IMG/VR virus record: IMGVR_UViG_3300037961_003440
Location: 1-64,000 of that record
Direction: 5' to 3' (one strand)
From: a virus
DNA: 64,000 bases
Part shown: positions 17,752 to 28,240 of the stretch, in pieces
Position numbering within the stretch: the first letter of the stretch is position 1
Layout: the number at the start of each line of letters is the position of its first letter
Translations under genes and position numbers: made by a program
The notes under the pieces: model-generated
What the model saw: the letters and a program-made list of their open reading frames with translations, nothing else
What the model was told of the DNA's origin: nothing
Databases searched by the model: none

Positions 17752-19167
17752 ATGGATTTACTTACAGAAATGGATTTAGAAATGTCTAAAGGTAATTTTC
17801 CTTATTTTTTTGAAAAGGTATTAGGTTATGAGTTAGCCGATTTTCATCAAGAATGGTTAGACCTTGTAAATAATACTTCACGCACAGTAATTATTTGTTC
17901 AAGAGACCACGGAAAATCTGTTTTCTTTCATTCATGGTGTGTTTATCAATTGTGTTTTCAAGAACCTCCATATCAAATGTTATACATTTCTTCAAACCAT
18001 AAACAAACAATGGTACATATGAAAGATATAGATAGAATGTTCACTAATATTCCTCAATTAAAGAAGTTTAAACCGAGAGGTGGTTGGGCTGTTGGGGCTA
18101 TGCGTTTAACTAATGGTAATGAAATATTAGAGCGTTCAGTAGGTTCTCAGATTCGTGGATTACACCCTCAAGAAATTATTATTGACGACCCTTTGAAAGA
18201 ATTTAGTATGACGGCTATTCAAAGAGTTACAGATTGGTTTTGGGGAGATATGATTCCTACACTTCACCATACCGCTTCTTTAAGAATGGTCGGTACTCCA
18301 TTTACATACACAGATATATTTGTTCAGTTAGAAGAAAACCCCGCTTATAATGTTGAGAGATACCCTGCAATTAAACAAGATGGTACAGCACTTTGGCCTA
18401 ATCGTTGGAGTTTAGAAATGCTTGAAGAAAGAAAGGTAGAAATAGGTTCTTCTAAATTTACAAGAGAATATCTTTGTGTACCTATTAGTACAAATACTAT
18501 GCTTTTTGCCCCTGATGCTATTAAAGCGTGTAAAAATCCCTATGCTTCGCTTGAGAGTGTTGCGAGAGAGGGTTTTCAATATTACATAGGATATGACCCT
18601 GCTATTTCTGCAAATGGTGATTATACTGTAATGATGGTCTTAGAGGTTGATGATAATATGAATAAGCAGGTTGTACATATGTTTAGAGCAAAGGGTCTTG
18701 ATTTCCGAGAACATATTAATCATATAATGGAATTATGTAGAAGATACCGACCTGAAATTGTTATGATAGAAACAAATACTTTTGCTAAGGCTTTTGCTAT
18801 GGAATTAAAAAATATATCCGATTTTCCTGTAAGAGAATTTACTATGAGTAGAAAGAAAAAAGAAGAGATTATTTTGAATTTACAAATGAATATAGATAAT
18901 GGAAAAATTGTTTTACCTACACAAAATATAAAATCTAAATCTGTAACAGATGCTATTGTACAAGAATTAGGTGCTTTTGGTATTAATGCACATGGTAAAA
19001 TTGAAGGTGTAGGCGCACATGATGATATTGTTATTGCTCTTGCTTTAGCAAATTACGCAACAAAAACATTCTCCGATACATTTTTAGATATAGATAGTGG
19101 TAGTCTGTTTAGTTCAGCCCCTAATACTCCGAGTAAGGGAGGTGGTTTTTATGGTATTAATCTTTAA
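17752..19167 (+). CDS. terL: Terminase large subunit
   Basis: Walker A SRDHGKS, Walker B IIIDD, GTP coupling motif, nuclease GYDPA and HDDIVIALALA; AGGTGA RBS before ATG 17752 (track start 17743). Confidence 0.95.
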   Translation: MDLLTEMDLEMSKGNFPYFFEKVLGYELADFHQEWLDLVNNTSRTVIICSRDHGKSVFFHSWCVYQLCFQEPPYQMLYISSNHKQTMVHMKDIDRMFTNIPQLKKFKPRGGWAVGAMRLTNGNEILERSVGSQIRGLHPQEIIIDDPLKEFSMTAIQRVTDWFWGDMIPTLHHTASLRMVGTPFTYTDIFVQLEENPAYNVERYPAIKQDGTALWPNRWSLEMLEERKVEIGSSKFTREYLCVPISTNTMLFAPDAIKACKNPYASLESVAREGFQYYIGYDPAISANGDYTVMMVLEVDDNMNKQVVHMFRAKGLDFREHINHIMELCRRYRPEIVMIETNTFAKAFAMELKNISDFPVREFTMSRKKKEEIILNLQMNIDNGKIVLPTQNIKSKSVTDAIVQELGAFGINAHGKIEGVGAHDDIVIALALANYATKTFSDTFLDIDSGSLFSSAPNTPSKGGGFYGINL

Positions 19168-20551
19168 ACAAGACGAAGATATTGATGTAGAAGAATTAGA
19201 ACAAGATGTTCAAGAAATTAAAAGGGTAGAAAATCAAAAAAGAATGTTAGATGAAAGTGTAAAACCTATTAAAGATAAAATAAAAAATAAGTTTAACAAA
19301 TCAGATATTAACAAATGGTTAGAAGGTCAATATGGAAATGAAGTAGACATACTAAAAGATATATCAAAAAATTTAGAAATTAATTTATCTGAAGCATCTA
19401 ATTATATTCAACAATTACCAATAGAACCAATTATAGCAGATAAAAATATACCTGACTTAGTTAAAGAATTAAGAGATATGAGAAGAACACTTAAGGGTGA
19501 ACAAAAAATAAAACTTACAAAGGGTATAGACCATTTGATTACTGCTTATGAAGATTATGTACAAAAATCCTTAGATACAATTTATTGGTTAAAACCTTAT
19601 CAATCTGGATTTAAAAGATTGGGATATAAACCTTCACATATAGAAAAATTACATAATATAAAAGATAATGAAACAAGAAAAAGTATTATAGAATTATGTT
19701 GTAAAATGTGGGAAAGCGATTTAGAATTAAAAACATTAGATTATGGTTATAGTTATTCTAAAAATTATTTATCGTTAAAAGAAAGTAGAAATGAATTAAG
19801 AAAAATACTAAAGGATATTCCCCATCAATCTATAAGAAAATCTAAAAGAGAAATGATAGAAAAAAGCGTAAAAGAAATTATTTGTAATAATCAAGGTTTA
19901 TCTTCAAATGAAATACATTCAAGGTTGTCATTAGGTCATTCAAAAATTTCAACACCACAATCAGTTTCTAAAATACTAATGAAAATGGGTGCTACTAAGG
20001 TAGACAATGAATATTATTTAGTTAAAAATTTAATTAAAAAAGATTTATATTCGTATGTAGCAGGTTTTATTGATTCTGATGGATATATTACAATGGATTC
20101 TTCATTAGCACCAAGAGTAGGTATGATTGCTACGGGTAAAAGAGGTAAAGCATTTTTTCAAGAATTAGAAAAAGAGTTAAAGTGTGGTAGATTACACTTA
20201 GACCAAAAGGTAGGAGAAAATAGTAGAAGCCAACATAGATTAAATTTTTACAGTCAAAACGATATAGCCACTATTTTAGAAAAATGTATTCCTCACTTAA
20301 GAATGAAAAAATCACAAGGCAAATTAATACAAGAGGCTATTAGAATTAAAAAGAATTACAAAAAAGAAGAGTGGGCTAAACCAAGACTACAAGAAATATT
20401 TAAACTAATTAAATATGAAAATTGGAAAGATTCAAGAGGACAGGGAGTTAAAGAATTTCAAAAATATGATATTGACCCCGAAGTAGTTGTTAAATACCAT
20501 GATAATTGTAAGATGCAATTGATGGATAGTATTGAAAGTGGGGTGGAATAA
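19151..20551 (+). CDS. Protein with C-terminal LAGLIDADG endonuclease-like domain and long helical N-terminal region
   Basis: YVAGFIDSDGYI at about 20054-20090; ILEKCIPHLRMKKSQ typical of LAGLIDADG domains. Confidence 0.8.
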   Translation: MVLIFKQDEDIDVEELEQDVQEIKRVENQKRMLDESVKPIKDKIKNKFNKSDINKWLEGQYGNEVDILKDISKNLEINLSEASNYIQQLPIEPIIADKNIPDLVKELRDMRRTLKGEQKIKLTKGIDHLITAYEDYVQKSLDTIYWLKPYQSGFKRLGYKPSHIEKLHNIKDNETRKSIIELCCKMWESDLELKTLDYGYSYSKNYLSLKESRNELRKILKDIPHQSIRKSKREMIEKSVKEIICNNQGLSSNEIHSRLSLGHSKISTPQSVSKILMKMGATKVDNEYYLVKNLIKKDLYSYVAGFIDSDGYITMDSSLAPRVGMIATGKRGKAFFQELEKELKCGRLHLDQKVGENSRSQHRLNFYSQNDIATILEKCIPHLRMKKSQGKLIQEAIRIKKNYKKEEWAKPRLQEIFKLIKYENWKDSRGQGVKEFQKYDIDPEVVVKYHDNCKMQLMDSIESGVE

Positions 20552-22191
20552 TGGGTCTAAGAGATTATTTGGGTAAGTTTGTTAGAAGAAAAACGCCTAA
20601 CCCTCTTGCTAAAGAAGTTTATAATTTAGGAATACAAGAGAAAAGAAATGTACAACATATTATTGGCCCTGTATTATACGATGTTGCTAATCAATCTACA
20701 ATAGTTAGGACTTGTATTACTCAATTAAAAACAGAAATTTTTAGAAGAGGTTTTAGTTGGGAAAAGGCTTTTTACAAAATTTGTGAAGATTGCGGAACAA
20801 AGCATGAAAAAGAAACTGATGCTTGTAGAAATTGTGGTAGTAAAAAATTAAGAGCACCTTCAAATCAACAAAAAATATATGCTGAAAAATTTTTTGGAGG
20901 ATATGTAAATTCTTCTGAACAAAAATTTATTGATGTGTTAAAAGAAGTAGAGGCTGATTTGAATATTGCTGACGATGCTTTTTTAATTTTAGTTAAAGAA
21001 TATTATTTAGATAACGAAGGTTGTGTAGCCTTACATAAAATAAAAGAAGTTTATAGAGGCGACCCATTAACAATGTACATAGATATAGATGAAGAAGGTA
21101 ATAGAGGTAGTTCTCATTATACTTGTTTAACTCATAGAGATGTTTATGAAACAGACCCAATAGCAAGTTGTCCTGAATGTGGTTCTAAATTACACCCTGT
21201 TCATTATATTAATAGAGTACATGGTAAAGACCAATACTTCGTAGAGGGTGAAGTTATGCATTTAAGTAAATATAACCCATCAAGACTTTATGGGTTTTCA
21301 CCTATTCTAACTTTATGGAGTCATATTACTACTCTAATTGCTATGGAAAATTATGTAAATACTTCTTATACAAAAGCAAGAGCACCAAGAGGTATTCTTG
21401 CTGTACAAACAAATAATATGGAATCGCTTGTAAAGTATTGGAAAGGAGTTAAAGAAAAGTTAGAGAAAGACCCACATTATATTCCTATCATGGGTATTGA
21501 AACAGATGGTGGTAGTAAGGGTAGTATTGAATGGGTACAATTTATGAATACTCTAAAAGAAATGGATTACATAAATGTAAAAGATGATTTAAGAGATAGG
21601 ATTGGTGCATTTTATGGTGTAAGTAAAATCTTTCAAGGAGATACATCAACAAGCGGTGGTTTAAATAATGAAGGTATGCAAATACTTGTAACTAATCGTT
21701 CTGTTGAGTTAGCACAAAATGTATATAATCAATATCTATTTCCATTCTTGTTGAAACAGTTTGGTATTACAGATTGGACATTAACATTACTTCGTTCAGA
21801 AGAAGAAGATAATGTAGCAGAATTAAGAAGAAGAGAAATTGAAATTAACCTTGCTACACAAATTAAAAATCTTGGATTTGAAGTAGATATGGATGAAGAT
21901 GGTAACTTTATTTATTCAAAGCCACCACCTAAAGAAGAAGAAAAACCTATGGGTGAAAATCAACCAGATAAAAAATTGGAAACTGACCCATATGCAGGAA
22001 CAGATATAGATGCAAGTCAATTAGGACAATTACAAGAACAACAATTATTAGGTTCTCAAGGTGGTCAAGGTACACCCGAAACAAGAAATAAACCTTCAAT
22101 GAGTATTGGGCCACCAAAACGAAATACAGGATTACCAAGAGAAGCAGCAAATAATAATGTAGATAGAAGAACAGAAAGAAGAGTTGGTTAA
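20551..22191 (+). CDS. Portal protein with zinc-ribbon insertions
   Basis: Position after TerL; YGFSPI, RAPRGIL, IGAFYGVS portal-like motifs; CEDC/CRNC and CPEC. Confidence 0.9.
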   Translation: MGLRDYLGKFVRRKTPNPLAKEVYNLGIQEKRNVQHIIGPVLYDVANQSTIVRTCITQLKTEIFRRGFSWEKAFYKICEDCGTKHEKETDACRNCGSKKLRAPSNQQKIYAEKFFGGYVNSSEQKFIDVLKEVEADLNIADDAFLILVKEYYLDNEGCVALHKIKEVYRGDPLTMYIDIDEEGNRGSSHYTCLTHRDVYETDPIASCPECGSKLHPVHYINRVHGKDQYFVEGEVMHLSKYNPSRLYGFSPILTLWSHITTLIAMENYVNTSYTKARAPRGILAVQTNNMESLVKYWKGVKEKLEKDPHYIPIMGIETDGGSKGSIEWVQFMNTLKEMDYINVKDDLRDRIGAFYGVSKIFQGDTSTSGGLNNEGMQILVTNRSVELAQNVYNQYLFPFLLKQFGITDWTLTLLRSEEEDNVAELRRREIEINLATQIKNLGFEVDMDEDGNFIYSKPPPKEEEKPMGENQPDKKLETDPYAGTDIDASQLGQLQEQQLLGSQGGQGTPETRNKPSMSIGPPKRNTGLPREAANNNVDRRTERRVG

Positions 22192-22192
22192 A

Positions 22193-22417
22193 ATGAATAA
22201 TAACATAATTAATAGAAAATTAGAAGAAGCAAGAGCAAAAATTGATAGCCTTAGAAAGAAGGTTAATCAAGAACCAAAAGAACCTAAGCAAACTGTAAAT
22301 ACAGTACCAGCAGGGGTTCAAGAACATCCACCTGTAAATAAAGGACAGAATGAACAAACAATTCCGGGTTTTATTACAGGTGGCCCAAAAATAAATAAGA
22401 AAATGAAGGAAGTTTGA
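22193..22417 (+). CDS. Small hypothetical protein
   Basis: Packed ORF; ATG 22193 (track start 22184). Confidence 0.7.
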   Translation: MNNNIINRKLEEARAKIDSLRKKVNQEPKEPKQTVNTVPAGVQEHPPVNKGQNEQTIPGFITGGPKINKKMKEV

Positions 22418-24921
22418 TTATGGAATCATCCGTTTTAGTATATAATTTACATAAAAGTCTTTATCAAAGACTTCTCTACGCTTTAGTAGATAGTAATATT
22501 ATTGCTAAGGCTATTACCGAAGAAGAAGTAAGAGTATTGTTAAGAACAGTAAGAGATGATACAAAAATAATTCAAGATTTAAAAAACTTTGATGGTGAAA
22601 AATTTAGAATGACTAAAAAAACACCCGTAGTATTAGAAAATTATTTTAGTACAGTAAAGAAAAATATTCTAAAAGAAATTCCTAATACTAATGAAGAAGG
22701 TAAGTATTTTGACCAACTTGACCCACAAGGAAAAATGCTTGCTCGACAAATTAAAAAGTTTTTAATCCCAAGATTAAAAGAAAGATACCCTGATAATAAT
22801 GAAGAAGAACAAGTATTATTAGATTATTTAAAATTAAAACATCCTGAAGAAACTATTACTAATATTAAAGACCAGATAGGTAAATACGAATCTGATTTAA
22901 AAATAGTTAGAGATAGAAAAAAAGAAATTGATGATAAAGAAAGAGCAGAAAAAGATGCTATTACAACTGAACAAATAAAAGCGAGTGAATTAGCATCTGC
23001 CGCAAGAAAAATACAAAGAGAAAAAGAAAAAGCAGAAAAAGAATCTTCTAAATCAGAATCTCAAAAATTACTTGATACTTGGACAAGAGAGGCAGTAAAA
23101 AGAAATGAAAGTTATAAATCATTTATGAGCCTTTTAAATTTAGTAGGTTCTTTATATACACCTTCTAAAGATAATATATTAAGACTAAAGAAGTTTTTAG
23201 ACGAAGAAAAAATTAGTGAAGAAGATAAAAACGCTTTAACTAAAATTTTAACTGAGTTAGAGAAAGAATTTAAAGAATCAAAAATAACAGCAAGAAATGT
23301 AAATATTTCTCCTTCGCAAATAGAATCAAAAGAATTAGGAATACAAATAGGTTCTTCTTCAACCTTTAATAGAAGTAGAGATGGAAAGAGAACAACAAGT
23401 ATTAAGATTAAATATGGTATTGATGAGACAAGAAAAATTAGCGACTTAAACTTTTTTAATACTTTTACTACTATTGATTTGACAAGAGATACATGGTTTA
23501 GTAATCCATACCTAAGAGAAATAGGTATGTATTGGGCTAATAAATCTGGTTTTTCAGACTCAGCAGAAGATTGGATTAATTTATCTAACGATAAAAAATA
23601 TGAATTTATTAATAAAATAAAAGATATTTTACCAGAATATCCAGATTTAAAAGTGGGTAAAAAGGCTAACATTAGTAGTTTAGTTACATTATATGTAGAT
23701 GTATGGGAAGATTATGTTGTAAATGAAGAAACAAAACCGGAAGATTTTGCATACTTTTTACAAGGAATAGGTAATGGATTAAGTAAAGATAATAGAGATA
23801 GTGCTGTTGGAGATTTTGGTAAATTAAGAATGTTCCAAAATGATATTTTACCTAAACTTATTAATGCTATTAAAAAAGGTGTTGTAGTAGATGAAAATAA
23901 TAATTTATCTTTTAATTTAGGGCCAAGATTTACTAAAATATTAAAAGCCTATGGTGATAAAAGAGAAGTTACATCAGTTATAGAAGATTTAATTGATATT
24001 GCTAAAGGTGAAGGACTAAGTAGTAAATATCAAGGTCGAGATGCAGATGAATTAACTGCTATTGAAGATAATATAATTAATATGTTAGAGCAAAAAATAG
24101 AAGGTGAAACTATGTTATCCTTTATTATTACAACTTTTATGAGATTGTATGACGAAAAAACAATACTTAGAAGATTGCTTAAATTAGAAAATACTGCTAT
24201 TGATGTTGAATTCCTTACACCTTCTGAAATTATATCAGAACCTAAAAATACAAAACCTAAAGAAAAATACGAAGGAAAAAGATTTGGAGTACCTAAAGGA
24301 AAAATTGCAGGCGCAAAAACAAGAGCATTTGTAGATAGAGAAACTAAAAGACTTTCTGAAGAAAAAGATGAAGAAGGTAACCCAAAATATACAGAACAAC
24401 AAATACATAGATTAGTAGGGTGGAAGGCTGTACCTTCTAAGAGATATAAAAGAGATGCAAATAACAAAATATTAAGAGATTCTGATGATAAACCAATAAT
24501 GGAAAATTATACAGATTATCAAAAATATGATAAGAAATTTTATAAAAATTTAGAGGAAACTAAAAAATCTCTCGATAATTTATTAGTAGTATTAGGTGAA
24601 CAAGATGACATTCTTATTAAGGAAGATGTTGGACTTATTTTAGAATCTCTAAACAAAAAACAAAAGAAAAAGATTAAGGCAATTTTAAATATCGCAGACC
24701 CCACAGAATACTTTGGGCACGATTTCCTTAAGTTGTCAGAATTAATTAGATTATTAAGAACATTAGGTGTAGTCAAAGGAGATAAAAAACTAAATAAAAA
24801 GGTTCTTAGATTAGATGATGAAAATATTAAAGTAGTTAAATTAGCAACAAGATTACGAAAAGATTATGAAAATTTGTATAGAGAATTAAGAGAAATGATA
24901 TATCCTAAAAGTGGTGAATAA
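22414..24921 (+). CDS. Large hypothetical protein in head module
   Basis: 835 aa ORF between portal and ligase. Confidence 0.8.
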   Translation: MIMESSVLVYNLHKSLYQRLLYALVDSNIIAKAITEEEVRVLLRTVRDDTKIIQDLKNFDGEKFRMTKKTPVVLENYFSTVKKNILKEIPNTNEEGKYFDQLDPQGKMLARQIKKFLIPRLKERYPDNNEEEQVLLDYLKLKHPEETITNIKDQIGKYESDLKIVRDRKKEIDDKERAEKDAITTEQIKASELASAARKIQREKEKAEKESSKSESQKLLDTWTREAVKRNESYKSFMSLLNLVGSLYTPSKDNILRLKKFLDEEKISEEDKNALTKILTELEKEFKESKITARNVNISPSQIESKELGIQIGSSSTFNRSRDGKRTTSIKIKYGIDETRKISDLNFFNTFTTIDLTRDTWFSNPYLREIGMYWANKSGFSDSAEDWINLSNDKKYEFINKIKDILPEYPDLKVGKKANISSLVTLYVDVWEDYVVNEETKPEDFAYFLQGIGNGLSKDNRDSAVGDFGKLRMFQNDILPKLINAIKKGVVVDENNNLSFNLGPRFTKILKAYGDKREVTSVIEDLIDIAKGEGLSSKYQGRDADELTAIEDNIINMLEQKIEGETMLSFIITTFMRLYDEKTILRRLLKLENTAIDVEFLTPSEIISEPKNTKPKEKYEGKRFGVPKGKIAGAKTRAFVDRETKRLSEEKDEEGNPKYTEQQIHRLVGWKAVPSKRYKRDANNKILRDSDDKPIMENYTDYQKYDKKFYKNLEETKKSLDNLLVVLGEQDDILIKEDVGLILESLNKKQKKKIKAILNIADPTEYFGHDFLKLSELIRLLRTLGVVKGDKKLNKKVLRLDDENIKVVKLATRLRKDYENLYRELREMIYPKSGE

Positions 24922-24923
24922 AA

Positions 24924-25151
24924 ATGAATGAAGAATTAACAATGTTATTAAAAGAATTAGTAGAGAGAGTAAAGACTTTAGAAACAACAGTATTTAATGC
25001 GGATAATGTATTACTAAAGGCTGGACTTGTAAAAGTAGATGGTGTTAAACCATCAATTCAGACAGCAAGTAGAGTACCAAGTGCTGATACTATTGCTAAA
25101 ATGGATTGGAAAGAAATAGACGAATTAGTTGTAAAAATGAGTGGTGAGTAA
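24924..25151 (+). CDS. Small protein resembling both ends of the scaffold (mini-scaffold candidate)
   Basis: C-terminal IAKMDWKEIDELV vs scaffold IAKM...MSWEELNDLV. Confidence 0.7.
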   Translation: MNEELTMLLKELVERVKTLETTVFNADNVLLKAGLVKVDGVKPSIQTASRVPSADTIAKMDWKEIDELVVKMSGE

Positions 25152-25152
25152 A

Positions 25153-25689
25153 ATGGAATGGGATAAAAAACAAGATGTAACTTTTGATTATAGTGTTCAT
25201 AGTCATGGTGATGATAGAACAACAGCAGTACTTACAACATTGGTAGAATTAGCAAATTTGATTTCTAATCATTTAGGTAGTAATATTGACCCTAATACAA
25301 AACCTACAACTCCAAGTCAAAAGAAAGGACAAAAAGTAGATGTTGTTAGATTAACTGCAAAGCCTATTGGTGTAGAACAAAATATTTCTAAAGGTTTTGT
25401 AAAGACAAGAAAAAATACAAGAGATTTTACAGGAAGTTCTATTTCTAAAGAAGAAGAAAAACAAGAAGAACTTAATGCAGAAAAATTACTTCCCCAATTA
25501 GGTGCTATCGCTGTTGGTGCTATGTCTGGAGGAAATGATAATGAAAAGAAGGCTATGAATCCTATGTCTACAAGTGAAGGAAAAGCATTACTTAATGCTT
25601 TACAAGAAACTGCTAATAAACTTAGAAAGTTTTTAATGACTTCAAGAGTAGATGCTGAACAAGCACAACAACCTACTGATATGAAGTAG
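25153..25689 (+). CDS. Hypothetical head-module protein
   Basis: GGTGA RBS; ISKG, ISKE, EKKA sites. Confidence 0.75.
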   Translation: MEWDKKQDVTFDYSVHSHGDDRTTAVLTTLVELANLISNHLGSNIDPNTKPTTPSQKKGQKVDVVRLTAKPIGVEQNISKGFVKTRKNTRDFTGSSISKEEEKQEELNAEKLLPQLGAIAVGAMSGGNDNEKKAMNPMSTSEGKALLNALQETANKLRKFLMTSRVDAEQAQQPTDMK

Positions 25690-25697
25690 GTGATTAA

Positions 25698-28199
25698 ATG
25701 GTTGTAACCGGAAGGATTGACCCTTTATCAAGGTCTATTAGATTACTTTATGATAAAGTTAGAATTGCATATCTTAGTGCAAGAGAAAGACCGAAAGATT
25801 ATAGAGATAATTGGGAAACAGTTATTGAAGATATGCAACAGTCTTGGGATAGCCCACAACCAATAGGTGATTTATTAAGAGATAAAATATCTGAATCTTT
25901 ATTATTTAGTGAAGAAGCAAAAGACCCTCAAGGTTCTAAAGCAAAAAGAATATATGAAACTCTAAAAAATATACAAAATGAAAAATCATTTTCTAAAGAC
26001 CCGTTTAGGAAAAAATACGGTTCTGAATTACCTAAAAAATTATTACAAAATAAACAATTGTATGCTATATTTTTACATTGGGTATATAGAACAGGTCGTG
26101 GTGCATTAGATAATTGGAAAGATTTTGGTAAATTAGAAGATAATTTTACTGAAGGTTATGTTGGTTTAGATTTAACTGACGGTGAAATCTTTGAATGGTT
26201 GGAAAGTAATTATGGTGAAGAAGTAGATGTTAAAAGATTAAAATCTAAAATGCAAGCCGCAAGAGAATTACTTTACGAAGTTTATACAAGTGAACATAGT
26301 CCGGCTGAATGGCAGGAATTAACTGATACTAAAAGAATATTAAAACAAGAAAAAGATACTCTTAATAATTTTATTATACCTAATAAACCAATGTATCGTA
26401 TATTTGAAATAGATGATATGAAAGAATTAAAAGGTTTTACTGGAGAATATATAGTACAAGAAAAATATGATGGTATGAGAATACAAATACATAAGAAAAA
26501 AGAAATTAAAGTATATTCATTTAATAATAGAGATATAACAAGTAAATTTGATAGACAAATAAAAATAATGCAGGATGAAAAATTCCCCGACTGTGTATTA
26601 GATGCAGAAGTCGTACTGTATGAAAATGATGAACCATTACATAGAGCAGATACTATATCATTTATTAATTCAAAAAATAATGATAGTAATTATGAATTGA
26701 AGGTTCATGTTTTTGATATAATGAGATTAAATGGTGAGCACATTTGGAAAAATAAACTTGAAGATAGGCTAACAGTTTTAATGGGCGAATTTACAAAATT
26801 ATCAGATAAGTATTTACAGTTCCCAAATAAATCTAATACAAGGTCTGCTGATTCTTTAGAAGAAATAGAAGAGTATGCAAAAGAAATTATGAATAATCCT
26901 ACATCGGAAGGTGTAATGATTAAAGATGCAAAGTCATCTTATATAGTAGGGAAAAAGAAAAATCCTAAGTGGGTTAAGTGGAAAAAGTTTGTTGATTTAG
27001 ATTTATTAGTATTAGATATAAGAAAAAATAAAAATGGAACATTTAGTTATACATTAGGTGCTGGCCCATTAGGTGATGAAGATTATAAACCAATACAAAG
27101 GTATGATAAAAGAGATTATTTAGTAGTAGGAAAGGCTCTAAATACAAAAATAAAATCTGAAATAGGTAAAATAATTAGAGTTAAAGTTGATGAAGTAAAG
27201 AAAACAAAAACAGGATTTTCTGTTTATAGTGCTAAAGTAATTGAAAAACCCGAAGTTACAGAACCTGAAAAAGTTATTACTCTTGAATTTTTATCTAAAG
27301 ATAATAAAAAGTCAGCATCAGATTATAATATAGAAGCACTTAAAAAATCATATGCTATTACTGATAATATACATGGTATAGTAGAATTAAATACATCTTA
27401 TGATACAGAAGGATTTGTTTTATCGGGATTTTATCAAGATAATTTAATGGCTAAAAATGCAATAATAGATATTGATATATGGAAAGAAGAATTGGCATCT
27501 ATATATAAAAAAGATAGTGGTAAATTAATGACGATTGTTTCCCAAATTGTACAAGAAGGAGAAATTGGTAAGAACGAATTACTAAGAAAGGTTAAATCAA
27601 AAGTACCTGATATAATAAAAAGAGTGTTTTCAGATAATAATATTGAAAAGTCCTTTTTTAATTATGTTAGAGAAAGAGGTGAAGCCTTTGGTGTTCTTTA
27701 TAATTCAAAAAGAAAAACTTTTTATTATGACGATAAAACTTTAGTTAAACTACCTGATGAAATAAATAAAGAAGATGAAGATGAATCCGAAACTTATGAA
27801 GTTTGGAAAAGAGAAGATGGTGATTTAAATTTTATTTATACTGCTAAAGGTAAAACATTTAGTTGGAGAATAGAACAAGATAATACTGAAGATATATATG
27901 AATTATTTGGAAAGGCTACTAAATATTTAGCAGAAGTAGATGATAAACCTGATAAACAAAAATTGTTAGATGAAGGTAAATTAGAATTAGGCGCACAAAG
28001 AGATGGTTATCATGAATATATATTAGATGGTAAAATGTATCAAGGTAAATTTCATATTAGAGTAGTACCTATAATGGAAGAAGATAAGTGGGTAGCATGG
28101 ACAGGATATGAAACTAAACCAACAGACAAAGATAGTGATGATGGTTTATGGGATATAGAACAAGATAAATATAAAAATATTACATTTTCTAATGAATAA
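25698..28199 (+). CDS. lig: ATP-dependent DNA ligase with N-terminal extension and degenerate LigD phosphoesterase-like C-terminal domain
   Basis: Motifs EKYDG, VLDAE, VFDI, EGVMIK, WVKWK. Confidence 0.9.
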   Translation: MVVTGRIDPLSRSIRLLYDKVRIAYLSARERPKDYRDNWETVIEDMQQSWDSPQPIGDLLRDKISESLLFSEEAKDPQGSKAKRIYETLKNIQNEKSFSKDPFRKKYGSELPKKLLQNKQLYAIFLHWVYRTGRGALDNWKDFGKLEDNFTEGYVGLDLTDGEIFEWLESNYGEEVDVKRLKSKMQAARELLYEVYTSEHSPAEWQELTDTKRILKQEKDTLNNFIIPNKPMYRIFEIDDMKELKGFTGEYIVQEKYDGMRIQIHKKKEIKVYSFNNRDITSKFDRQIKIMQDEKFPDCVLDAEVVLYENDEPLHRADTISFINSKNNDSNYELKVHVFDIMRLNGEHIWKNKLEDRLTVLMGEFTKLSDKYLQFPNKSNTRSADSLEEIEEYAKEIMNNPTSEGVMIKDAKSSYIVGKKKNPKWVKWKKFVDLDLLVLDIRKNKNGTFSYTLGAGPLGDEDYKPIQRYDKRDYLVVGKALNTKIKSEIGKIIRVKVDEVKKTKTGFSVYSAKVIEKPEVTEPEKVITLEFLSKDNKKSASDYNIEALKKSYAITDNIHGIVELNTSYDTEGFVLSGFYQDNLMAKNAIIDIDIWKEELASIYKKDSGKLMTIVSQIVQEGEIGKNELLRKVKSKVPDIIKRVFSDNNIEKSFFNYVRERGEAFGVLYNSKRKTFYYDDKTLVKLPDEINKEDEDESETYEVWKREDGDLNFIYTAKGKTFSWRIEQDNTEDIYELFGKATKYLAEVDDKPDKQKLLDEGKLELGAQRDGYHEYILDGKMYQGKFHIRVVPIMEEDKWVAWTGYETKPTDKDSDDGLWDIEQDKYKNITFSNE

Positions 28200-28208
28200 G
28201 GGTTATCC

Positions 28209-28230
28209 TTTATATACTTGTTAAAACATA
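28209..28230 (+). promoter_or_regulatory. Putative TATA-box late promoter of the capsid operon
   Basis: TTTATATA-CTTG-TTAAAACATA about 25 nt before ATG 28241 with no RBS, suggesting a leaderless transcript. Confidence 0.6.
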
Positions 28231-28240
28231 TAATATATCA

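Noticed and set aside
19151-20551. LAGLIDADG as an intein or group I intron in TerL or portal
   Set aside because: Both neighbours appear complete; no intein C/S...HN termini and no non-coding flanks
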